The position numbers were made by a program, and so were the translations under genes. A stretch of 64,000 nt of DNA from an uncultured Oscillospiraceae bacterium (GTDB lineage: Bacteria > Bacillota > Clostridia > Christensenellales > QALW01), in assembly GCA_964492705.1 (NCBI GenBank), contig CAZBLS010000002.1, positions 140 through 64,139 on the forward strand, read 5' to 3'. Below the pieces are notes generated by a model that had not been told where the DNA came from, made no database searches, and saw only the letters and a list, made by a program, of their open reading frames with translations. Shown piece by piece: positions 35,986 to 45,407 of this stretch. Numbering within the stretch: the first letter of the stretch is position 1; each line of letters starts with the position of its first letter.

Positions 35986-36559
35986 CGAAGAACTTGAACT
36001 TTTGCAAAAAGGTTTTATGCGTATCGGCGGAGTTGACGAGGCAGGCAGAGGTCCGCTCGCAGGTCCCGTTTCCGTCGCCTGCGTTATTTTAGATGCAAAT
36101 AATATCCCCGAGGGCATAAACGATTCCAAAAAACTTTCCGAAAAGCGCAGAGAAAAACTTTTTGAGGAAATATATGCCACTTCCCGAGTTTCTTCCGTTA
36201 TGCTTGACAACAACTTAATAGACGAAATAAATATACTTAATGCCACAAAAGAGGCTATGCGCCGAGCAATACTTCAAGCGGAACCCGACTTTGCTTTAAT
36301 AGACGGCAACTTTACGGTGGGTGCAATAATAAACGAAAAATGCATTATCGGCGGAGACGCAAAAAGTTTAAGCATAGGTGCCGCCTCCATAATAGCAAAA
36401 GTCACCCGAGACCGTTTTATGAAGCAGATTGATGAAGAATATCCTATGTACGGTTTTGCAAAGCACAAAGGCTACGGCACAAAAGAACATATTGCAAACA
36501 TATTAAAATACGGTCCCTGCCCCTATCACCGCAGGAGTTTTCTTACAAAAATACTATGA
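35972..36559 (+). CDS. rnhB: ribonuclease HII
   Basis: 195 aa. GVDEAGRGPLAGPV and DSKKLS motifs. Confidence 0.92.
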   Translation: MANFDEELELLQKGFMRIGGVDEAGRGPLAGPVSVACVILDANNIPEGINDSKKLSEKRREKLFEEIYATSRVSSVMLDNNLIDEINILNATKEAMRRAILQAEPDFALIDGNFTVGAIINEKCIIGGDAKSLSIGAASIIAKVTRDRFMKQIDEEYPMYGFAKHKGYGTKEHIANILKYGPCPYHRRSFLTKIL

Positions 36560-36909
36560 ACACACGCAAAATCGGTTCTTACGGTGAAGAAATTGCCCGT
36601 AACTTTTTAAAAAAGCAAAAGATATCGGTTATCGAAAGCAACTATCACGCTTCACGCAATGCGGAAATAGATATTGTCGGTAAAGACGGGGACTTTTACG
36701 TATTTATCGAAGTAAAATACCGTGCAAGTCTTGCTAACGGCTACGGTCGGGAAGCGGTAACCAAAGGCAAGCAAAAGAACATTCGCTACGCAGCCGAACA
36801 TTACCTTGCCACCCACCGCCTGCACGATGTTAATTGCAGGTTTGACGTTATCGAAATAACTTCTCTCGGCGGAGAAACCGATATAGAATATTTTAAAAAC
36901 TGTTTTTAG
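36556..36909 (+). CDS. yraN: YraN-family (UPF0102) endonuclease-like protein
   Basis: 117 aa. GEEIARNFL...EIDIVGKDGDFYVFIEVKYR restriction-endonuclease-like core. Confidence 0.85.
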   Translation: MNTRKIGSYGEEIARNFLKKQKISVIESNYHASRNAEIDIVGKDGDFYVFIEVKYRASLANGYGREAVTKGKQKNIRYAAEHYLATHRLHDVNCRFDVIEITSLGGETDIEYFKNCF

Positions 36910-36930
36910 AGGATATATTAGAGGATATAT
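36907..36930 (+). repeat. perfect 12-nt tandem duplication TAGAGGATATAT x2, covering the yraN stop and the Shine-Dalgarno of the next gene
   Basis: 36907-36918 equals 36919-36930. The ATG of the giant ORF follows at 36931. Confidence 0.9.
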
Positions 36931-39900
36931 ATGAAAAGATTTTTTAAAACGCTACCGCTGATATTAATGCTGATTGCCGTTTTTTGCGGTTGTGAAAGCG
37001 TTTCGGGTCAGCCATACAACGAAAACCTGCTTAAAAATGCAAGTTTTGAAATCACCGAAAACGGCAAATGTACCGATTGGGTTCTTGACCGCTACGATAC
37101 CGCTCAGTCAAGTAGCGGTTGCGGAAGCACGGAGTTTATAAACGCTCCCGACGGAAAAAACGTGCTTGCCGTAATTAACGGCGGTTTTAACGACAGCCGT
37201 TTTGTTCAGGAAGTAGAACTCGAACCCAATACTTACTATAAACTTTCCGCAAGGATCAAAACCGACGGAACGGAAAATTATTCGGTTGAATCCGGTGCAA
37301 ATATAAGTTTTCTTAAAACCTACTGTCGCAGTGAATTTATATCGGGTTACTCCGAGTGGACGGAAGTTGTGCTCTACGGCAAAACGGGCAAAAAAGTCAA
37401 AAGTGCAACCGTTGCTCTGCGCCTCGGATATTACAGTTCCGACTGCTCCGGAAGCGCATATTTTGACGATGTAAAACTCGAAAAAGTAAAAGAAGTGCCC
37501 GACAATGCCGACGTAGGCGATATTTCGGAATTTACTTTTTCTTCTTCCGCAAGCAGTGAAAGCAAGGACGACGGCAAAATCAAACTGTCGGTAGTTTTAA
37601 GGGGAATACTTTACTTCGGCATCCTCGCACCGGCACTTTTCTTTGCCTTTAAAAATTCAAAACATTTTACGCCCTCTGTTGCGTATATAATCATCGCCAT
37701 ATGCTTCTGTATAAGAGTTATGGCATCCGTTACATACACAGGCTTCGGCGTAGATATAAACTGTTTTTCGGCTTGGGCGCAAAAAATGGCTTCAAGCGGT
37801 CCGCTGACATTCTATTCCGACGGATATTTTTGTGACTATCCGCCCCTTTATATGTTGGTGCTCGGTCTCATTTCACTTATTTCCCCTGTGAACCTTAACA
37901 GCGGAATAGGTCTTACATTCCTTAAAATGCCGGCAATGCTTTGCGATATCATCACTGCCGTGCTGATAGTGAAAAAAGCAAAAAAATACGCAGGCGAAAA
38001 TATTGCTTCCGTTTTGGGCATACTTTATGCGCTCTTGCCCACGGTAATACTTAATTCCGCCGTATGGGGTCAGGTAGATTCCATTCTCGCCCTGTTTATG
38101 TTCCTTACGTTTATACTTATTGACGAAGACAAATTCGGTCTTTCCGTTGCCGTTTACGCAATAGGCTTGCTCCTTAAACCGCAGGCAGTGCTCTTCGGCC
38201 CCGTAATGCTGTTTGCCGCCGCAAGGGAATTTGCTCAAATAGGCAACGATTTTAAGGAAAACCGTGCTTCACTTGCAAAGAAAAGACTTGTCTTCGGCTT
38301 CGGAAGTCTGTTTATATCGGCGCTGATATTCGTTCTTCTGTCGCTTTTAATGCAAAACGGTCAAAGCGCATCGTGGCTGTGGGACAAGTATATGAACACC
38401 ATATCATCCTACGATTATGCCACACTGTCCTCTTTCGGTCTTATGGGACTTTTGGGCGGACAGTGGATTCCCTCCGACACGATTTACCTTTTTGGCATTT
38501 CTTACGGAACCCTCGGCACCGTGCTTACGTTACTCGTACTGCTTTCGTCGGTGGCATTTTATATTCTCGCAGTAAAAAATCAGGGTAATATAATTTCCGC
38601 AAAACACTTTTATCTTTTGGCCGCTTACACGGTTGCGGGTGTTGTTACCGTTTCTACCCGTACCCACGAAAGATATATGTTCCCTGTAATACTTATGCTG
38701 ATAGCATCGTTCTTCTGCTTTAAGGATATGCGTATGCTTTATTTAAGCATAGGCTACGCCTTTGTAAACTTTGTAAATACTGCAACGGTGCTGTACGTTT
38801 ACGAAGAATGCGGCGTGTATATGAGTGCCAAAGAGCCTATTATGCTGATTTTCTCCGCAGTAACGGTAATACTCTTTATACTTTTAACGCTTGTAACCGC
38901 CGATACGGTTTTAGGCAAAACGAAAAAGGAGTTTTTTATGAATAACGGATTTTTTACGGTAAACGGACATTTTTCCGAAAATACGGCAAACGGTGAAACT
39001 GCCGAGTGCGGTAAAAACGCCGAAAAGCCCGTAACAAAATACGATAAGCCTTTAAAGAAACTTTTTGCACGCAAGAGTTTTAAACTGCCGAAAGTAACGC
39101 TTAAAGATATACTTATTTGCGGTCTTATTACCGCTATATACGCCTGTGTTGCTTTTACCGATTTGGGTGATACAAAAGCGCCCCAAACTTTGTGGCTCAC
39201 TTCCTCTAACGAAAGTTATATTCTTTGCGATTTAGGCGAAGAAAAGAACATCGACTCAGTGGCGATAAATGCCTCTTCCTCGGGCAAAGTCAAAATTTAC
39301 ACTTCACAAAACGGCACCGATTTCGACCTTGCCGGCGAAACCGAACACTCCTACTATGCCGACGGCGAATGGGTAAACAGCGAACTTGTTTCTTCAAGCG
39401 CAAGATACGTAAAATTCGTTCCCCAAAAATCGACGGTACTGAACGAAGCGGTACTTCTTTCCAACGGCGAAACCGTAACACCCGTAAACGTTACTTCCAA
39501 CACAAATCCCATTGACGGCTCAAACGGCGACGGCAACCGTCTGTTCGATGCACAGTCAAGTTACGGTGTCCGATATAAAACACCCGAAACTTTCGCATCT
39601 CTCTCGGGCGAATACACTTTCACCCTTGAAGAAGGCGCCGTTTTAGGCGGAATATACGGATATTCCGCTTCCGATTGGGGCGGAACTCTTGAATTTGCAA
39701 ACTCCTCGGGCAACACCGTAGCGTATCTTGACATTTACGGTACTTCTTGGTGTTCCGCCGAAGTTTTCGACGGCATTGACTCTGAAAACAACATTTATAC
39801 CGTGCGGATAAACGAAAGCATTTCAGGCGAAGACTCGTTAAACGCAGGCGAGATAGTCTTTACCGATACCGACGGAAAAATCATAAACATTGTGTCCGCC

Positions 39901-41778
39901 ACAGGCGAAAACGTTGAAAAAGTTTTCGACGAACGGGAAACTTTTGCCGAATATTCTGCCGTTAAAGAAGCATCCGATACGGGAGAGTCTTTCGTTATAT
40001 CTTCCGCCTCCGATTGGGTCATTGCCGACTTCGGTGAAGTAAAGCAAGTGAACAGAGGATATTTTTACACAAGCGTATGCTCGGGGTCCTTTGATGTATA
40101 CTTTTCAAAGGACGGCGAAAATTGGACTGTTGCCGAAAAGCACACCGTTGATGCAGGCGACCTATACTATTGGCACGGTCTTCCCTCCGACGGCGGAACT
40201 TATACCGACCTTAACACCCGTTTTGTGGCCGTATGTACTTCAATTACCGATATGCGCATACTTGAAATGGGATTTTTCGAAAACAGCGACGATACAAGCG
40301 TTATCGAAATAAAGAACATTACTTCATCTTCCTCGGGTGAAAAGGGCGGAGGAAATATCTTTGACGAACAGTCCCTTGTCCCCACCCGTCCCTCGTATAT
40401 GAACAGTATGTACTTTGACGAAATATACCACGCCCGTACCGCCTACGAAAACCTTAACGGACTTAATATTTACGAATGGACACATCCGCCTCTGGGCAAA
40501 GACATAATGTCACTGAGCATACAAATCTTCGGTATGACGCCTTTCGGTTGGCGCTTTGCAGGTACTCTTGCAGGCGTACTTATGGTTCCGGCAATGTATT
40601 TTGTGGGCTTGCTTATGTTCCGTAAACGTACTTGGGCATCATTGCTTGCGGTCATAATGAGCCTTGACGGTATGCACTTTGTACAAACCCGTCTTGCCAC
40701 CATAGATTCCTACGGCGTACTTTTTATAATACTGATGTTCCTGTTTATGTATTGGTATTACAGTATCAGTTTTTACGATATGCCCCTTACAAAGACTTTC
40801 CTGCCCTTGGGGCTTTGCGGTCTTGCATTCGGTCTCGGTGCCGCAAGCAAGTGGATATGCCTCTACGCAGGCGCAGGCTTGGCGGTTATATTCTTTATTA
40901 CTCTCGCAAGACGTTACAGAGAATACCGACTTGCAAAATCAGCAGTGTACAATGCAGAGGGTGAAGAAAAGAAGTATCTTCAACATATAATCCGTACGTT
41001 CCCCCTGTACACTGCCGAAACTGTTCTGTTCTGCATAGGTGCGTTTATTATCGTGCCTCTCATAATCTACTGTGCATCCTATTTCCCCTACTTTAATGCC
41101 GAGGGCGAAACCCGTGCGTGGTACGAGATAATCATTGACAATCAGTTTGATATGTTCAACTATCACTCGAAATTACAGGCGACACATCCTTTCCAATCCG
41201 ATTGGTATACTTGGCCTATAATTTACCGTCCTATCTACTATTATGCAGGCAAGGAACTTCCCGATGCAAGCACGGTGGAATGCATTTCTTCTTTCGGAAA
41301 TCCCGTAATATGGTATATGGGTCTTGTATCGACGATATTCGGATTTGTTGTTCTCTTGCGCAGGCTTTTGGATAACAAAAAAGTTACCGTAAAAGATTTC
41401 GGCACAAATAAATTCGAACGTCTGTTCTCATCAGGTGACGAGGACCTTGCCGATGCAACCGAACGTGATACACGGTTGCTTATATTCCTTGCTTTGGGCG
41501 TTGCGTGCAACCTGTTACCGTGGGTAGGAATAAGCAGATGTATATTCATCTACCACTACTTTGCAACAGTTCCCTTTATAATGATATTTACGGTTTATAC
41601 GTTGTGCAACGTATGCCGTAAAAACAAAAAGTTGGGTATTGCACTTACGGTGCTCTTTATCCTTTGCGCTCTTGTACTGTTTATAATGTTTAAGCCCATT
41701 TGGACGGGAACCGCAGTTTCAAAAGAATACGTACGCACTTATCTGCGGTGGTTCGATTCTTGGGTATTCGGAGTATAA
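36931..41778 (+). CDS. giant (1615 aa) polytopic membrane protein: CBM-like module, GT-C module 1 (ALG6/ALG8- or DUF2029-like), discoidin (F5/8 type C)-like domains, GT-C module 2 (GT39/PMT-like)
   Basis: N-terminal signal/lipobox-like VFCGC. NLLKNASFE...AYFDDVKLEKV is a CBM-like sandwich. The multi-TM block has FCDYPPLYML (about nt 37829-37850). Two jelly-roll-like segments (WLTSSNESYILCDLGEEKNIDSVAI...ARYVKFVP and WVIADFGEVKQVNRGYFY...RILEMGFF). MYFDEIYHARTAYE...EWTHPPLGK (about nt 40409-40500) is typical of PMT/GT39, followed by more TMs. Confidence 0.7.
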   Translation: MKRFFKTLPLILMLIAVFCGCESVSGQPYNENLLKNASFEITENGKCTDWVLDRYDTAQSSSGCGSTEFINAPDGKNVLAVINGGFNDSRFVQEVELEPNTYYKLSARIKTDGTENYSVESGANISFLKTYCRSEFISGYSEWTEVVLYGKTGKKVKSATVALRLGYYSSDCSGSAYFDDVKLEKVKEVPDNADVGDISEFTFSSSASSESKDDGKIKLSVVLRGILYFGILAPALFFAFKNSKHFTPSVAYIIIAICFCIRVMASVTYTGFGVDINCFSAWAQKMASSGPLTFYSDGYFCDYPPLYMLVLGLISLISPVNLNSGIGLTFLKMPAMLCDIITAVLIVKKAKKYAGENIASVLGILYALLPTVILNSAVWGQVDSILALFMFLTFILIDEDKFGLSVAVYAIGLLLKPQAVLFGPVMLFAAAREFAQIGNDFKENRASLAKKRLVFGFGSLFISALIFVLLSLLMQNGQSASWLWDKYMNTISSYDYATLSSFGLMGLLGGQWIPSDTIYLFGISYGTLGTVLTLLVLLSSVAFYILAVKNQGNIISAKHFYLLAAYTVAGVVTVSTRTHERYMFPVILMLIASFFCFKDMRMLYLSIGYAFVNFVNTATVLYVYEECGVYMSAKEPIMLIFSAVTVILFILLTLVTADTVLGKTKKEFFMNNGFFTVNGHFSENTANGETAECGKNAEKPVTKYDKPLKKLFARKSFKLPKVTLKDILICGLITAIYACVAFTDLGDTKAPQTLWLTSSNESYILCDLGEEKNIDSVAINASSSGKVKIYTSQNGTDFDLAGETEHSYYADGEWVNSELVSSSARYVKFVPQKSTVLNEAVLLSNGETVTPVNVTSNTNPIDGSNGDGNRLFDAQSSYGVRYKTPETFASLSGEYTFTLEEGAVLGGIYGYSASDWGGTLEFANSSGNTVAYLDIYGTSWCSAEVFDGIDSENNIYTVRINESISGEDSLNAGEIVFTDTDGKIINIVSATGENVEKVFDERETFAEYSAVKEASDTGESFVISSASDWVIADFGEVKQVNRGYFYTSVCSGSFDVYFSKDGENWTVAEKHTVDAGDLYYWHGLPSDGGTYTDLNTRFVAVCTSITDMRILEMGFFENSDDTSVIEIKNITSSSSGEKGGGNIFDEQSLVPTRPSYMNSMYFDEIYHARTAYENLNGLNIYEWTHPPLGKDIMSLSIQIFGMTPFGWRFAGTLAGVLMVPAMYFVGLLMFRKRTWASLLAVIMSLDGMHFVQTRLATIDSYGVLFIILMFLFMYWYYSISFYDMPLTKTFLPLGLCGLAFGLGAASKWICLYAGAGLAVIFFITLARRYREYRLAKSAVYNAEGEEKKYLQHIIRTFPLYTAETVLFCIGAFIIVPLIIYCASYFPYFNAEGETRAWYEIIIDNQFDMFNYHSKLQATHPFQSDWYTWPIIYRPIYYYAGKELPDASTVECISSFGNPVIWYMGLVSTIFGFVVLLRRLLDNKKVTVKDFGTNKFERLFSSGDEDLADATERDTRLLIFLALGVACNLLPWVGISRCIFIYHYFATVPFIMIFTVYTLCNVCRKNKKLGIALTVLFILCALVLFIMFKPIWTGTAVSKEYVRTYLRWFDSWVFGV

Positions 41779-41779
41779 A

Positions 41780-44275
41780 ATGAAAAATTTACTTATTGAC
41801 GGCAACAGTTTGATAAACAGGGCATTTTACGCCCTGCCTCCCCTTTCATCGTCCGACGGCGTGTACACCAACGGCGTGTACGGCTTTTTGAAGATGCTCT
41901 ACAAGGCTATCGACGGCTTTACTCCCGACAGGATAGTTTGCGCCTTTGACGTTAAAAAGCCCACATTCAGGCATCTTCATTACAGTGAATACAAGGCAGG
42001 CAGAAAGAAAATGCCCGAAGAACTTGCGCCTCAGATTCCTCTTTTACAGAACATTTTACAGGAGTTGGGCATATTCTGCGCCACAAGCGAGGGATATGAA
42101 GCAGACGATATCATCGGCACTTATGCTTCCGTCGGCGACAGTTTGGGTGACGAAACCGTAATAATCACGGGAGACAGAGATTCTTTTCAGCTTATAAGCG
42201 CAAACACTTCCGTTTGGTACACGAAAAAGGGAATTTCGGATATACTTATCCTCACTCCCGACAATCTTAAAGAAAACTACGGTGTAAACCCCGAACAGGT
42301 ATGCGACCTTAAAGCACTTATGGGCGACAGTTCGGATAATATCCCCGGTGTTGCAGGCGTAGGCGAAAAAACCGCACTTAAACTTATTGATGAGTATTCT
42401 ACCCTTGACGGCGTTTACGAAAACGTTGATTCCATTGCCGGCAAACTCGGCGAAAAAATAAAAAACGGCAGGTCTTCCGCCTATGACAGCAAGTTTTTGG
42501 CGACAATCCTCCGCACCGTTCCCGTAGAAGATATTGAAAAAGCCGTCTACGTTCCCGCAGACAGCAAGCGTGCATCCGAAATATTCAAAAAGTATCAGTT
42601 CAAAAGTCTGCTTGACCGTTTTGGCGAAACGGAAGAAAAATTCTCATTTAAAACGGCAGATTTCGATGATTTCAGTTTTACGGGCAATACTCTTGCCGTT
42701 ATTTTAGGCGAAAACGAAATTCTCGTTGCCTGTGACGAAAAAGTGCAGTACCGCATAAACTTGGCGGAAGACTTGCTCTCATCAGGCGTTTCCTTTGAAG
42801 ATGGCTTGGAACTGTTGCGCCCGTATATTGAAAACGAAAATATATCAAAGATTTTCTATGACTGCAAATCCGCTATGCATTTATGGGGTGATATACCGAA
42901 TATTGCAGGCGACGTTATGCTTGCAGAGTACCTTATCGACGCAGGTAACGAAAACGTTTCCTTTGAAAACGTGCTTAACCGCTACTGCGCAGATTACGGT
43001 GCCTGCACACTTATTTACGTGCACGGAAAACAGCTTAAAACAATGGAAAGCCGTAATTTAACAAACCTCTATTTTGATATAGAACTTCCTCTTGCAAAAG
43101 TTCTGTACAAAATGGAAAACACGGGATTTTATGCCGATACGGGCATTCTAAGAAATCTCGGCAGTGAGTTTTCCACACGCATAGACGAAGTTTCAAAGGA
43201 AATTTTCGCTCTTGCAGGCAAGGAATTTAACATTAACAGTCCTATGCAACTGGGCAATGTGCTCTTTGAAGACCTCGGTCTTCCGGCAAAAAAGAAGAAT
43301 CGCAGAGGTTACGCCACCGACAATGACGTTTTGGAGTCCTTGGAGCACCCGATAATACCTCTTATTATCGAATACCGCCAAATGCAAAAACTTAAAAGCA
43401 CGTATATCGATTCGGTATTTGCCCTTGTTTCGCCTAAAACGGGACGCATACACACCACCTTTAAACAGGCGGTAACCGCCACGGGCAGGCTTTCCAGTAC
43501 AGAGCCTAATTTGCAAAACATTCCCGTAAGATACGAAGCAGGAAGAAATATTCGTAAGGCTTTTCTTGCGGAAAAAGACGGCTACGTGCTTGTAAACGGT
43601 GACTATTCGCAAATAGAACTGCGCATTCTCGCCCATATGTCAAAAGACCCTGTTTTAACCGATTCGTTTATTAACGGAGATGACATTCATTCCCGTACCG
43701 CCGCCGAAGTTTTGGGTATCGATATTTCCCTCGTAACACCCGAGCAACGCAGCCGTGCCAAAGCGGTAAACTTCGGTATTGTTTACGGTCAGGGCGAATT
43801 CGGTCTTGCCAAAAGCATAAATTCCTCACGAAAGGAAGCAGGCGAATTTATGGAAAAATACTTTGAGCGGTATTCTTCCGTAAAAAGTTACCTTGACTCT
43901 TCCGTTGCCGAAGCAAAAGCAAGAGGATATGCGGTAACCGTTATGGGCAGGCGCAGAGAAATCCCCCAATTAAGAGCGCAAAATCACAATATGCGTGCAT
44001 TCGGCGAGCGCATTGCAATGAATATGCCCATACAGGGCAGTGCCGCCGACATAATAAAACTTGCTATGCTCCGAGTAAATAAACGTTTGGAAGAAAACCC
44101 GAATTTGGGCAATCTTATTTTACAGGTGCACGACGAACTTATTATCGAAGTTCACAAAGACTATTCCGAAGAATGTGCTGAAATGCTCAAAGAAGAAATG
44201 GAGAACGTTATAAAACTCTCCGTACCCCTTACTGTGGAAACAAATATAGGAAAGACTTGGTTTGAACTGAAATGA
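41780..44275 (+). CDS. polA: DNA polymerase I
   Basis: 831 aa. 5'-nuclease N-terminus (LIDGNSLINRAFYA), motif A DYSQIELRILAH, motif B RSRAKAVNFGIVYG, motif C QVHDELI. Confidence 0.95.
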   Translation: MKNLLIDGNSLINRAFYALPPLSSSDGVYTNGVYGFLKMLYKAIDGFTPDRIVCAFDVKKPTFRHLHYSEYKAGRKKMPEELAPQIPLLQNILQELGIFCATSEGYEADDIIGTYASVGDSLGDETVIITGDRDSFQLISANTSVWYTKKGISDILILTPDNLKENYGVNPEQVCDLKALMGDSSDNIPGVAGVGEKTALKLIDEYSTLDGVYENVDSIAGKLGEKIKNGRSSAYDSKFLATILRTVPVEDIEKAVYVPADSKRASEIFKKYQFKSLLDRFGETEEKFSFKTADFDDFSFTGNTLAVILGENEILVACDEKVQYRINLAEDLLSSGVSFEDGLELLRPYIENENISKIFYDCKSAMHLWGDIPNIAGDVMLAEYLIDAGNENVSFENVLNRYCADYGACTLIYVHGKQLKTMESRNLTNLYFDIELPLAKVLYKMENTGFYADTGILRNLGSEFSTRIDEVSKEIFALAGKEFNINSPMQLGNVLFEDLGLPAKKKNRRGYATDNDVLESLEHPIIPLIIEYRQMQKLKSTYIDSVFALVSPKTGRIHTTFKQAVTATGRLSSTEPNLQNIPVRYEAGRNIRKAFLAEKDGYVLVNGDYSQIELRILAHMSKDPVLTDSFINGDDIHSRTAAEVLGIDISLVTPEQRSRAKAVNFGIVYGQGEFGLAKSINSSRKEAGEFMEKYFERYSSVKSYLDSSVAEAKARGYAVTVMGRRREIPQLRAQNHNMRAFGERIAMNMPIQGSAADIIKLAMLRVNKRLEENPNLGNLILQVHDELIIEVHKDYSEECAEMLKEEMENVIKLSVPLTVETNIGKTWFELK

Positions 44276-44868
44276 TACTTGGATTAACAGGCGGTATCGC
44301 CTCGGGGAAAAGTACCGTTTCCGCATATCTTGCCGAAAAAGGCTTTCCCGTTGCCGACAGCGATAAAATCTCCCGTGAGATAACAAAAAAAGGCGGTGAG
44401 GGCGCAAAGGCGATCGAGAGAGAGTTCGGCAGCGAATTTTTCCCCCACGGTGAACTTGACCGCAAAAAACTTGCCGAATACTGCTTTGCCGACGGCGAAC
44501 GCACAAAAAAACTCAATTCTCTTTTGCACCCGATCATTCTCTCCGAAATGCTCGATTTCACAAAAAACGCTTTAAATTCGGGTCACGGTACTGTTATTTG
44601 GGACGTTCCCTTGCTTTTTGAAACGGGTTTTGACTACTATTGTGACAAATGCGCCGTTGTTATTTGCGATACCGAAATACGAATCAACCGAGCCTGTAAA
44701 CGTTCCGATATAAGCAAACAAGATCTTCTTAACCGCATTTCACTGCAAACGGACGACGGCGAACGGATAAAAAAAGCCGATTTTGTAATAGATAACGGCG
44801 GTCCTTTAACCGAGACTTTTTTACAGACCGATAAAATGTTGGAGGAACTTTTTAAATGGCAAATTTAA
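44272..44868 (+). CDS. coaE: dephospho-CoA kinase
   Basis: 198 aa. P-loop LTGGIASGKST. 4-nt overlap with polA, a conserved gene pair. Confidence 0.9.
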   Translation: MILGLTGGIASGKSTVSAYLAEKGFPVADSDKISREITKKGGEGAKAIEREFGSEFFPHGELDRKKLAEYCFADGERTKKLNSLLHPIILSEMLDFTKNALNSGHGTVIWDVPLLFETGFDYYCDKCAVVICDTEIRINRACKRSDISKQDLLNRISLQTDDGERIKKADFVIDNGGPLTETFLQTDKMLEELFKWQI

Positions 44869-45407
44869 AACGCCGAGGGGCGAAAATGCTTTCCTATTTT
44901 TTGATACTTTTATTTTTAATCCTGTCGGTAACGGTAGGGTGCGATGCATTTTTAAAAAGCCGACTGCCCCTAAAATACACCGATATTGTGGAAAAATACG
45001 CAAATGAGTACGGCTTGGACAAATATCTTATTTATGCCGTAATTAGCACCGAAAGCGACTTTAAGCCTACGGCGAAATCCGATGCCGGTGCAATGGGGCT
45101 TATGCAGTTAATGCCCGAAACCGCCGTTTGGATAGGCAATAAGATCTCCTTGTCGGTTGAACCCGATTCTCTTTTCGACCCCGATACCAATATTCATTTG
45201 GGGTGCGCATATCTCTCGTATCTTTTTTCCCGTTTTGACGGAGATATAAAAAAGGTAATCTGCGCTTATAACGGCGGAGAAGGCAACGTACGGGAATGGG
45301 CAAGTAAATATTCGGACAGTTTGGATTATATTCCCTTTAAGGAAACGAGAAAATATTTAAAGAAAGTAACGGTGCGTTATGAAATTTATACGGAAATTTA
45401 TTCTTAA
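44856..45407 (+). CDS. membrane-anchored lytic transglycosylase (SLT domain)
   Basis: 183 aa. AVISTESDF (catalytic Glu), GAMGLMQLMP, AYNGGEGNV. Confidence 0.85.
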   Translation: MANLKRRGAKMLSYFLILLFLILSVTVGCDAFLKSRLPLKYTDIVEKYANEYGLDKYLIYAVISTESDFKPTAKSDAGAMGLMQLMPETAVWIGNKISLSVEPDSLFDPDTNIHLGCAYLSYLFSRFDGDIKKVICAYNGGEGNVREWASKYSDSLDYIPFKETRKYLKKVTVRYEIYTEIYS

